Assembly (NCBI RefSeq): GCF_006345805.1
Contig: NC_043005.1
Span: 62,558,001 to 62,622,000 of the forward strand
DNA length: 64,000 nucleotides
Direction: 5' to 3'
From: Octopus sinensis
Lineage: Eukaryota
Of the stretch, positions 51,127 through 63,150 are shown one piece after another. The stretch's first letter is position 1; every line of letters starts with the position of its first letter. Made by a program: the position numbers and the translations under genes. Below the pieces are notes generated by a model that was not told where the DNA came from, made no database searches, and worked only from the letters and a program-made list of their open reading frames with translations.

Positions 51127-52345
51127 TGAGAGAGTATCCAAAAGAAACCAGAATTTTGCAATATTATTTTATTCACTTAGTTTTACATGTTTACATTTTT
51201 ACCACCTTCAAAGTATTATCCATTTGTAACAATGCATTGGTCCAAATGTGTTTTCCACTGTTTGAAGCATTCCTGGAATTCTTGTGAAGTGAAACCTTTT
51301 AATGACCCCATCATTCTTTTTCCTTCACCTCTTCTACATCTGCAATACATTTTCTTTTAAGGACTATTTTCATTCGGTGGTGGTAGGTGGGGAGAAACAA
51401 AAAAGACACAGGCAGGAAGATCGGGTGAATAGGGAGGGTGTGTAAGTGGGGTCATGTCCTTTTTGGCCAAAAAACTGTCTCGCACTTAAGACGGTGTGTC
51501 TAGTGCAGTGCTGTGATGAAACCACAACTTTCCACTTTGCTACAGGTTGGGTTGTTTTCATCTCAGTGAATCTTGCAAATGTTTCAGAACTGCCAAGTAA
51601 AATGTCTGGTTAACAGTTTGACCAGGAGGAACAAATTCTGTGTGGACAATTCCTTTCACATCAAAGGAATTTCATGAAACAAATCAGCATTGTCTTGACA
51701 CTGGACTTCACTTGATGTGCTTTTTTGGAGTGTGGTGACATTGAATGCTTCCATTGACTTGATTGCTGCTTTATTTCTGGGTTGTAGCCATAGCACCAGC
51801 TTTCAACACCAGTGATGGCCTTCAAAAAAGGTCTGAATAAACTTCCAACTATTCTTTCTGTTCATGACATGCATTCAATCATAACTGCTTTTGATCTTCC
51901 ACGAGCGAGTAAGGCACAAATTTTGCTGCAACTCTTTTCATTTGCTCAAAATTCGTTGGCAGGAGCTCCAGGAGACACCAGTCATATCAACAAGTTTGTC
52001 AATTGTTCAGTGACTGTCTTCCAAGAGCAGCTCATGAATTTTTGTGATGTTTTCATTCATTTGGAAAGTTGATGGTTTCCCTGAATGAGGTTGGTCATCA
52101 AGTGACAAATGATCATTCCAAAAACAAAAACCACTTGCAAGCTTGTGTTTCACTCATAGCAGCATCCTTGTAAGCTGTTTGAAGCATGATAACTGTTTTG
52201 GCTACCATTTTTCCCTGCAGAAAACAGAATTTCATGGAAACACGCTGTTCTTTTGTTTCAGCCATAGCAAAAATTAGAAGCACTGCAAAACAAAGATGCA
52301 CCACGCATTATGACTGCAATGCCACAGGTTGGTAGACTGATGCCC
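51127..52345 (-). mobile_element. Mariner (DD34D-type) transposon, decayed
   Basis: MAETKEQRVSMKFCF..MLQTAYKDAAMSETQACKWF, followed by frameshifted motifs corresponding to YDPETKQQS, HHDNA and HPPYSPDL. TIR-like TA|tgagagagtatccaaaagaaaccagaa at 51127. Confidence 0.88.
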
Positions 52346-53370
52346 GATATATATGTGCGTGTGTGTGTGTGTGAATATAAGAGTGTTACCCATAAAGTGA
52401 CTGGTAATTTTGGAAGTATAATTTTGTCCTCATGGATAGTACCAGGAAATATAATTATAATTTAACATTCATCAAATTTCTTGGTGCTTATACAAAATGA
52501 TGAATGAATAATAATTTTCATGAGAAAAATACTCATTACCTGAAAACATAAAACAAGTTTCGTATTTGTATACTCGCTATTATTATATATTACTATTTTT
52601 CTAAATTTTATTAACATAATCGTAATCTACCTCATTAAAAAGCTATTTCTGCAAAATTTTTTTATATAGAAAAAGAATTTTTGCTGGAAGTTATAAGACT
52701 TTCTGCACCTCTTATGTTAACATTCTCTATTTGTCTCTTTTACTCCCTTTCTTACATTTATTTATAACGTGTAAAGTGTGGATCAATCACTCAACAAACC
52801 AGCCAATTCCTTTACTGGTTATTATTATATATAGTTATGATACACACACAGACACACACATACACACACATATATGTATATATGCACAGGGATTAAACTA
52901 GATTTTTAGAGATCCGTTAGATGAAATCGTGTTATCCACAATAGAGGACTCCAACAAATAGCTATTTACCAGATATAACTGATGAATATAACATGAATTC
53001 TCATCACGGATCTTTAAAAATCCATGTCGATCCATTCATCTACAATATTATTGGATGTTATTACATAATAGATGTATTATTACGCAATATGCACCAGTCA
53101 TTATTTATCCAAAACAGCTGTAAGGAGACTTGATTACATTACACATGAATTCATACAAACAAACTTCCATCTAAATTTTCCTTACACCAACAGTTTATTT
53201 GTCATTTTTACTGGTACACCCACTTACTGTAGATTGTCCTTATTTTTCATTTCCTACAATGGAGCTACCCATCTTAGATGTAGCAGATTGTGTTTAAGCT
53301 TTGGATTTATCTGAGCTCTACTTGGCAACTATCTATACCAATCTTGCATTACCGTTTTTCATGACCATAC

Positions 53371-53410
<40 letters not shown>

Positions 53411-53491
53411 GCATATATACACATGTATACACACACACACATATATATATATATAATATATATATATATACACGCATATATACACATGTAT

Positions 53492-53524
<33 letters not shown>

Positions 53525-54204
53525 CATACATACATACACATATATACATATATATATACACACATATACACATATATGTGTGTGTATTTGTCTGTGAATG
53601 AAAAAAAATGTAAGTAGTAATAATGTACTACATATGTTTTAAAAGGTATATTGAATGCATATTACATAATTTTTATTTACTCCATAATTATTCCCTGTTC
53701 TTTCTCATTAAGTACTTATTTCCTGCCACTTAGAAATCCTTTGCCATAATGAATTTGTCAAGAGAAACTGGAAAAAAATATTGTACATTTCAACAGTTGA
53801 AAGAAGAGTGGACAGAGGAATTAGTCTACCAACCAATTATGTGCCTCCTCTACAAATAATTCCAGTGATGTAGAATGGAGTGTGAATTTAAAGACATCAG
53901 TTCCTTATGTGTATAAAAAGATGTATGGAGTGGCTTTAGATAGTTTTTTTTGATGTTTGATATTTTCAATATATGTTTATACAGCTGTAAAAAAAGGTGT
54001 GATAGTGGGAAAGTGAGACTACAAGATGGAATGTTAATTAATTAAAGGATATAATTCAAGAGGGAGAAGAGGAGAGTGTGAAAATTAAATGATAAGAAGG
54101 TAAAAAATACTAGATATAGCACTGCTTGTAAATTACTTGTAACCACACACACCCACATCTCAATGTCAGTACATATAGCATGACAAACCAGCAAATGCAC
54201 AATA

Positions 54205-54368
54205 CACTTACACACTCAGAGTGGTTGGCATTAGGGAGGGCTTCCAGCTGTAGAAACTTTAGCAGATCAGATTGAGCCTGGTGCAGCCTCTGGCTCACCA
54301 GTCCTCAGTCAAATCATCTAACCCATGCCAGCATGGAAAGCAGACGTTAAACAACGATGATGATGATA
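54205..54368 (+). mobile_element. RTE-type 3' tail element
   Basis: gagtggttggcattagggagggcttccagctgtagaaac..catgccagcatggaaagcagacgttaaacaacgatgatgatg. Confidence 0.85.
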
Positions 54369-54864
54369 TATATATATACACACACACAAAGGCATAATTG
54401 AACACAAATATATGTATATGTATACACACATGCAGGTCCATACACATATACATATGCATATACACACATGTATACATGTACATGTACATATACACATGTG
54501 TATATTTACACATGTATCTACACATACTCATGAATATGCATCTGTCAATATTTAGGGTAAGCATTAGTAATGTTTGACTATGAAAATAAAATTTATGTAA
54601 AAATAATGAAAAGGGTGGATTTTCATGTATTGGTACTTATAAGAGATAGGGTGAAAAAAATGTGATTTCGCATTTAAAAATCCTATAGGTAGAAAAACAA
54701 TATACAAGTTGGTCGAGTAAAAGGTGAAAAACATTAAGATATCCAAATATAGTGAGTGGAAGAGTGGAATAAAAAGATTAGGATAAGGAAATATGAGTTT
54801 AAAATAGGGAAAAAAACAAAATATAATAAACCAACAGAAACATTAAAAGAATGTTTGTATAAAT

Positions 54865-54895
<31 letters not shown>

Positions 54896-55155
54896 GAGCA
54901 TACACATACATAAACATTCACATTTACACACATATATCAGATTACATAAATTAAAGAAAGAGTCTGATGTATATCTTGTGGGACAACTGCAGAGTACGAC
55001 ATAGAGCATGAGATCCATAAAATCCCTAATCAGAGCTAAGTGAAATATGTATCAGAAATTATCAGCAAGGCACTTAATATTGAAAAATTTGGAAGTCAGA
55101 GTGTAGAAAAATGAAGTGATAAGTAGTTTGCAAGTATCTAATAGTAGGACAGTAA

Positions 55156-55392
55156 ACCATATTAGAAGGGGAATTTGGGTTTGTATAAGAACGTTTTATA
55201 TCATTTATCCTTACATCTCATTATCAGTTCTGCAAATTGATTAACAGTCTTTTCCTTATTGTCCCTGATCATCAAAACTTCTGCAATACAAAGTGAGCAC
55301 TTATTATAACCACTATAGAGTTTCACACATTGAATGATTGACCATCTTATAGTGTATTCTACTCAGTCTTTTTTCAATTTCCAAATTAATTT
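55156..55392 (-). mobile_element. Inverted copy of the Penelope-like 3' end
   Basis: Minus translation WKLKKD*VEYTIRWSIIQCVKLYSGYNKCSLCIAEVLMIRDNKEK, homologous to 56091-56329. Confidence 0.85.
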
Positions 55393-56329
55393 AGATAATG
55401 ATGTGCTACAACCTTAGCCCCAGACCTGAATGTCAAATTACGATTATGTAATCACAACAACATTAGTGTACAACACACCTATGCTGACATATCTAGCCTG
55501 TTTTGTGGTAACTACACAATGATATTCAATGTTTTTGATCAGACGCTTGTTATCTAATGAACAGGAGGTTAGACATTTACAATTACACAGTCAATTTGAA
55601 GTGGCATCTGGGGTGTGGATCAGGTTATCAGTCCTAATATTGCTATAAAAGCTCTAGGTACCCCTGGTGTTATCACCTACTGAGTTGTCAGAGTAAGAGT
55701 TGTTATTGTTAGCACCACTAACACCATTCCTATTAGTGGTGTTACTGTTCACAGTATTTGTAGAACAATAGTTTGATTGAGTAGAGCTAGGAGTGACAAC
55801 CCAGTAGGAGAAAACACTGGGACACCTGAAATGTAAACTATGGAAGCACTAAGCTTAAAAACCACACTCCATATGCACCAAAAAAACCAACTGAGTAATT
55901 GTGAATGCCCATCCTCCGGTCTATTAGACAAATGTCTAATAAAAAGCATTATCTATCAATGTGTAGTTCCAACTAAGCAGATTAGATAAGTTTGCATAGG
56001 TACATTTGTACACTGAATTTAAGTCGTAATTATAAAATCATAATTTGACATTTAGATCTGAGGCTAAGGCTTGTAGCATATCACTATTTAAATAAATTTA
56101 GAAATTGAAGAAAGACTGGACAGAATACACTGTTAGGTGGTCAATCGTTCCACATGTGAAACCATATAATAGTTACTATAATAAGTGCTCACTTTGCACT
56201 GCAGAAATTTTGGCGATCAGGGACAGTAATTATAAAATTATTAATTGTTTCAATGAATTGATAAGATGTAAACATAAATCACATATTACATTCTTCTTAT
56301 ACAAAGACTAATTACCCTTATAATATGAT
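55393..56329 (+). mobile_element. 5'-truncated Penelope-like element (GIY-YIG C-terminus)
   Basis: CP..LLDKCLIKSIIYQCVV..VCIG..EFKS..NHNLTFR..KLKKDWTEYTVRWSIVPHVKPYNSYYNKCSLCTAEILAI..NELIRCKHK. Confidence 0.85.
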
Positions 56330-56666
56330 CCCCCCCCCCCACTAATATTAGATAGTGCAAAGTACTTAAATGTTCTTTTCTTTTAGACACCGAATTTCAT
56401 ATCTCTATTGTACAATATTAAATCTCATATTGATAATTCATGATAGATATTTCACTTAATTCTAATTAGGAACTTTTTAGACCTTGTACACTGTGTTGTA
56501 CTCTAGGCTGCCACCATGAGATGTATGTTGGACCCTTTCTTTTATTTAAATATTGTCCTATATGTGTGCATATGTGAATGTGTATATGTGGGTATAAATA
56601 TATGTGTGTATGTATATATATATGTATATGTATATATGTATATGTATGTGTATATATATATACACG

Positions 56667-56700
<34 letters not shown>

Positions 56701-57985
56701 GTACATATATATATATGTATATATATATGTATACCTATGTAATATTTTTGTCAGAATGTTATATACTGTTTTATACTCCTATTCCCTTATTTATATTCTA
56801 TTTCTTACTCCAATCTTCATGTTCTTCACCTTCTACTTTAACTAGTTACAGATTTTCAACTTAACAATATTCTTCTCCCCACTCTTTTATAAGTACCAAT
56901 TTCAGTATTTTTACCCAAATCTCATTCTCATAGTCAAGCATGAATAATGTTTGCCTAAATATAGTCAAGTGTATGGATTTATGTATTCTCGTATATATGA
57001 ACACACACACACACACACACATATATAGATATGCATATATGTGTGCATATATGCATATGTTTACATATGTGTGTGTATAAGTATATTGTGCATTTGTGTG
57101 CCTGTTTAGCTTATTTTGTGTATTGACATATGTATGTAGAAGTGTATGAATTCAAGTATTTTGCAAACAGCACTATATCAAGTATTTTTAACTTTTTTAT
57201 TTTCTTATCATTTCATTTTTCACCTTTCCTTCTCCCCTCTCATGTATTATCTAATTTAAGTACATAACATACCATCTTGTAGTGTGACATTCCCACAAGG
57301 GCACCTTTTTCTCAGCTATGTATCCATATAGTAAAAAGACTAAACACCCAAGAATTAACTAAAGCCAACTCAATAAATCTATTTATACAATTAAGGAAAT
57401 GACATTTTGAAAATTTCACTCCATTCTACATCACTGAAGCTATTTGTACAAGAGTCACATAATTGGTTACTTGATCAATCCTATTTCCATTCTTTCTTAA
57501 ATTGTTGAAGTGTACAAATTTTTTCCAGTTTCTCTTGGCATTTTTTCCAGCTTCATTATGGCAAAGATTTCTAAGTGATACATGGCAAGTATTTGATGAG
57601 AAAGAACACAATAATTATGTAATATCTTAAAATGACATAATATGTATTCAATGCAACTTTTGAAACATTTGCAGTAAATAATTACCTATTTCAGTCTTTT
57701 CATTCCCAGATTTAATTGTCACATAATAAGTAACCTTTGTTGCTATATATTAGAGTTGTTTATTAGCAGTCAGCTTAACAGAATTTATGTCTAATTTCAA
57801 TAAAGAAGAAAGTGTATTGTATACATTGACAAACAAACTTAATCGATCAATTATCATCCCCTTTGAGTTATCTACACAAGTCTTTGCTATGTTAGATGCT
57901 AACCAACAACCATGATCATTTGCATCTCACTACTTTGACTACTTTGATATATACATATCTATCTATCTATCAATCTATCTATATA

Positions 57986-58392
57986 TACTCTTTACTCTTT
58001 ACTCTTTTACTTGTTTCAGTCATTTGACTGCGGCCATGCTGGAGCACCGCCTTTAGTTGAGCAAATCGACCCCGAGACTTATTCTTTGTAAGCCCAGTAC
58101 TTATTCTATCGGTCTCTTTTGCCGAACCGCTAAGTGACGGGGACGTAAACACACCAGCATCGGTTGTCAAGCAATGCTAGGGGTACAAACACAGACACAC
58201 ACATACATATATATATATATACATATATATGACAGGCTTCTTTCAGTTTCTGTCTGCCAAATCCACTCACAGGGCATTGGTCGGCCTGAGGCTATAGCAG
58301 TAGACACTTGCCCAAGATGCCACGCAGTGGGACTGAACCCGGAACCATGTGGTTGGTTAGCAAGCTACTTACCACACAGCCACTCCTGCGCC
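57986..58392 (-). mobile_element. SINE family A, best-preserved copy
   Basis: Minus 5' end GGCGCAGGAGTGGCTGTGTGG (A box 58372-58382), B box GGTTCAGTCCC (58329-58339), CORE-like cttgggcaagtg, and 3' (AAAGAGT)n tail. Confidence 0.92.
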
Positions 58393-58589
58393 TATATATA
58401 TATATATATACACATACATACATATATACATATACCTACATACACATATGTATATATATGTATATCTCTCTCTATATATAGATAGATAGATTTATGTATA
58501 TATACATACATAGAGAGGAGCAAAGAGGGATGTGGAGAGATGGGAGAGAGAGGGAAACAAAGAGTTGGGAGAGAGAGAGAGAGATTTGC

Positions 58590-58760
58590 TGACAGGGTGC
58601 TGTGGTCATGAATTTCAATTCTTGATCATGTTGTTTCAAGTTCAGTTCCACTGCTTGGAACCTCAGATAATATTCCACTACTATAGCCTTGGCTAACCAA
58701 GGCCTTGTGTGTGGATTTGAAATATGGAAGCTGAAAAAAGCCTATAGTATGCCTATATAC
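58590..58760 (+). mobile_element. SINE family A, 5' half (degenerate)
   Basis: aagttcagttccactgc..ctactatagccttggctaaccaaggccttgtgtgtggatttg. Confidence 0.7.
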
Positions 58761-59084
58761 ATGTGTGGGAGTGTGTGTGTGTGTGTGTGCATGTGTGATT
58801 ATGTTTGTGAGTACTCTTGTTAGGACATCATGCATTGGTTGTAAATGGGCATCATTGTTATACAAGAGAGGTTGTTTGTTTCCAGTCTTCTATGGAAAAA
58901 CACCTCTAGCTTTATGAGAATAATAACTTCCTTGGAATAAGTAATGGTTTGCAACAGAAAGGTCATTCAGCCATTGAAAATCTACCTCAACAAATTTCAC
59001 CTGACCTCACACAACAAACATGGTAAAGTGTACACTGAATGATGATGCTCTTGATAATTTATCATTCCCATCTCCATCAATGTC

Positions 59085-59390
59085 ATCATCAGCATCATCA
59101 TCAACATGCTTGCATGGTTCAGATAAAATATGTTGTGGCAGATTTTCAATATAGCATTGTCATCAACATCATTTTTATGTTGTCCACTTAACTATGATTG
59201 CTTGAGTTGGATGGATTTGGTTGAAGCAGAACTTCTGGGGACTGATGCCATTTGTGTCACCACTCTTCACCTGTTTCCAAATAAGATAATATTTCCTCAT
59301 GATTGGACATATTTTTCATAGAAGACTTGACAAAAAGGGCAGTGTTTGCATGAAAGGGATTCTTATTTAGAACTACTATGAACTTTAAAG
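59085..59390 (-). mobile_element. RTE-type 3' tail element
   Basis: catcatcatcaacatgcttgcatggttcaga..gatgccatttgtgtcacca; related pieces at about 33470-33640 and, in the opposite orientation, 58860-59050. Confidence 0.55.
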
Positions 59391-59419
59391 ACAAAGTGAC
59401 CTACCCAACACAACCTCAC

Positions 59420-59523
59420 ACACATGCATGCATGCAATTACACACATGCACATGTGTGTGTGAGTATATATATATATTATATATATATATATACACACAC
59501 ACATATAATATATATATACATAC

Positions 59524-59576
<53 letters not shown>

Positions 59577-59797
59577 ATATATTATATATATATATATATA
59601 ATATATATAACATATATATATATACACACACACACATATATATATATATTACATATATATACATATAAATGTATATGTATATAATATATATATATATATA
59701 TATATGTAAATATATATGTAAATATATATATATACATATATGTAAATATATTTATATACATATATGTATATATATTTATATACATATATGTATATAA

Positions 59798-59828
<31 letters not shown>

Positions 59829-60020
59829 ATATATATATAATATACATATATATATATACATATATGTATATATATATATACATATATATATGTATACATA
59901 TATATATACATATATGTATATATATATATGTACATATATGTGTATATATATACGTACATATAGTATATATATACGTACATATATGTATATATATATATAT
60001 ACGTATATGTATATGTACAA

Positions 60021-60066
<46 letters not shown>

Positions 60067-60310
60067 TATATATTATATATATATATATATATATACATAC
60101 ATATATATATAATATATATATATATATATAATATATATATACATACGTATATGTATATTTATATACATATATGTATATAAATATATATACATATATGTAT
60201 ATAAATATATTTACATATATGTATATATATATATTTACATATATATTTATACATATATATATATACATACGTAACAGAATATAACCCCAATACACACACA
60301 CACACACATA
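59420..60310. repeat. ~0.9 kb compound TA/TAC/CA microsatellite
   Basis: Visible directly. Confidence 0.95.
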
Positions 60311-60460
60311 GAAGGGGATTCATTCAGTTTGTCTACCAAATATGCTCAGAAGCATATGGTTGACCCATGATCATAGCAGAAGACAGTGGCTAAGGGTGAA
60401 AATCAGAACCCTGTGGCTGGCATGCAAACTTCTTAAGCCTTCAACAATGTGTAATTATAG
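60310..60460 (-). mobile_element. SINE family A, 5' half
   Basis: cattcagtttgtctaccaaat..tagcagaagac..agaaccctgtggctggcatgcaaacttctta. Confidence 0.65.
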
Positions 60461-60707
60461 ATTTGTGAGTGGATGTGTATCTGTGTGTGTATGTCTATGT
60501 ATGTGTATATATATATATATATATATGAAAAAACAAGTCAAGATAGAAAATGCTAAAATAATTTTATAAAATTATTTTAGCATTTTCTATCTTGACTTGT
60601 TTTTTCATATATATCAACTCGTGTGTTCCTTTTCACCCATATATATATATATATGTATATACATACACATCTCTCTCTCTCTCGATACACACACACACGT
60701 GTTCCCC

Positions 60708-61033
60708 TCTGAAGGCAATGAACAGAAAAATAATAAAAAGAAAAAATACAACAGAAGAAAGATAAGTTTTAGCTAATATTGAATTAGTTTAACTAGTTCA
60801 ACACTTAAAAGTACATGAAGTTAGCCTCAACTTTTGAGATCCTGGTCATTCACATGGAGTAAAGGTAGAAGAAATTAAAAGAATGCGAATGAGGAAAAGA
60901 GGATGAAAAAGGAAAAAAAAAACATGGATGAGAGGTAATAGGCCAGGTAAGAATGTAATTACACTAATAGAATATTTGTTAAAACTTGAGTCTTGTGTGC
61001 TGTCTTTTTTTCTTTTTGATCATTGCCTTCACA
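60708..61033. repeat. MITE-like element with ~90-bp imperfect terminal inverted repeats
   Basis: tgaaggcaatga..aaaagaaaaaa..aagtttta.c.aatatt..attag versus the reverse complement of 60950-61033. Confidence 0.65.
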
Positions 61034-61430
61034 ACATATTTAACATTTATGCAGACACCTATCTTTGTATATAGTTTTAGGTCTGTGTGTGTGTACATGT
61101 GCTTTAGTAATTTTACATAATAGTATAGATATATATCTTATATATATGTATCATACTGTAAAATTTCTAAAACTTTTACTATATTTAAATGCATTTTATT
61201 TGGTGGAAACCTGTCTTCTGATGTGAAACTCATTAGCAGAGGCAGAATGGAATGTAAGCTTACTGTATCAAAAAGTGAATCAGATTGTTTCTCCCTTACG
61301 TTACATAATATATATATATGTACCTGAATTTTACCTTGAAGAATGCAAAAGTCACAGTCTCCAAGGTGTAATGTGCACAAACTTTAATTTTTACATACAA
61401 TAAAAAAAACACACACACCACACACACACA

Positions 61431-61470
<40 letters not shown>

Positions 61471-61649
61471 ACACACACACACACACAGGGAAATCGTTTT
61501 GTTCTCCCAAAATACTGAAAATTCTGAAAATATTTGATTTTGCCATACATTGATCAACTTCATTACAGACAGAAATAACACTGATTTTTTTTTTTTTGAG
61601 TCTGTTTCATGAGGAAAACAAAACAAATAGCAAGCAAAAATGTGTAAAA

Positions 61650-61662
61650 TAATAATAATATC

Positions 61663-61709
<47 letters not shown>

Positions 61710-61710
61710 A
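61650..61710. repeat. (TAA)n microsatellite
   Basis: Visible directly. Confidence 0.95.
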
Positions 61711-61840
61711 GCACCAGATTGGGATTAAAAGAAAATATATATGACTTGACTGAACAGATTTGTTGCAAATCACACAACAAGGATAATATTTAACAGACAA
61801 CCAGAGGATAAAAGTTTTAGAAAATTTCTAGTCTACTTAC

Positions 61841-61948
61841 AGAGCTCGCACTACTTGTCTCTGAGAAGTCCATGGAAGCATTTAATGGAGGCCCGTTTGA
61901 CATAGGGGCATTTGACTCTGTGGTATTCTGCATGTCGAGTGTATCAGT
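61841..61948 (-). CDS. Internal coding exon (108 nt, phase 0-0) of an unidentified host gene; peptide TDTLDMQNTTESNAPMSNGPPLNASMDFSETSSASS
   Basis: Minus strand: acceptor tttatactctgtcatgcag, 36 open codons, donor CT|gtaagt. GC is 51/108 (47%) against much more AT-rich flanks, CpGs are retained, and there is no similarity to repeats in the window. Ser/Thr/Asn/Pro-rich peptide that I do not recognise. Confidence 0.7.
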
Positions 61949-62199
61949 CTGCATGACAGAGTATAAACATGAACTCAGTCAGGCAACTATTAGCCAGATA
62001 AAAAAATCCAACAGGACAGGGAGGAGAAATAATTCAAGGATTTGATCATCACAGACTTCAAGACAGAGACATACAATATCAAACTTCTGTAAGAATCATT
62101 GAACAAATCTAAATATCCCCAATCTGACGGCATTTAAGGACATGAAAATTTGATATGTATAAGTATAATTATAGAATAATGTATGTGTGTGTACTTATA

Positions 62200-62251
<52 letters not shown>

Positions 62252-63117
62252 CACACACCTGTGTGTGTATAAACATACATATATATACATACACACATGC
62301 ACACACACACACACCACACACACACACACATGCACATGTATGTTAATGTGAGTGAATTATTTTGGAAAGATGTGCAGTGCTAAATATGCAACTGTTAAGA
62401 TGATTTCAACACAATGAGTAACCATACCTGAATTAAGAGATAAGTTACACAACATTATAATTTAAGATATGAATATTATAATGACATGCACACATACACC
62501 TTTTTGTTCATATACATGTGTGCATACATACATACACATATATATACATATATAAACATTCATATATATATATACATTATATATTAGATATGCACATGCA
62601 CAAACACACATATGCATACATGTTATATAGACACACACACTTGCAACAGACACGAATACATATATAAATGCATACACACAGACATGTTTATATAGAAATA
62701 TATATAAGGTATGCATGTTTATATATATATGTGTGTGTGTGTGTATGTGTATATACATATATAATATATATACATATATGATATATATATATGGAGATGT
62801 GTTTTATGTATGTGTACATTACATTATAAAATAGTATATATAGATGGAGATATAAATTTTCAAACTCCTACTAAAATGCCCATTATTATTTTTAATACAA
62901 ATGTATTTGTAATCAGCACAAAGTAAAATGCCAGAAACCTCATTTTATCAATAATTACAATGCTCAAACTAGATGAATTGGAATTTATATTTCATTTTTT
63001 CCCCCCACAAAATATTCTCAGTGAAAGTTCTATTTTGTTGGAAAACATATTTATTGGCAATAATATCATCTCATTATACAGGAATTAATTGTTCACATTT
63101 CTACATCTGAATATTAC

Positions 63118-63150
63118 CCAGGATGTTAGTCCCTGATGATCATCTCTTAC
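63118..63150 (-). CDS. Candidate 33-nt microexon (VRDDHQGLTSW, phase 0-0) upstream of the 108-nt exon; alternatively a recursive splice site
   Basis: Acceptor catacttttttttaacacag-like tract, exon GTAAGAGATGATCATCAGGGACTAACATCCTGG, donor TGG|gtaata. Frame-compatible with 61841-61948. Confidence 0.35.

Noticed and set aside
53228-53253. 26-nt minus-strand exon candidate with ACA|gtaagt donor
   Set aside because: Weak acceptor, stops in two frames, and located next to a Penelope-like relic.
57426-57611. Exon-like ORF RNLCHNEAGKNAKRNWKKF
   Set aside because: A homologous inverted copy at 53640-53815 shows it is a repeat.
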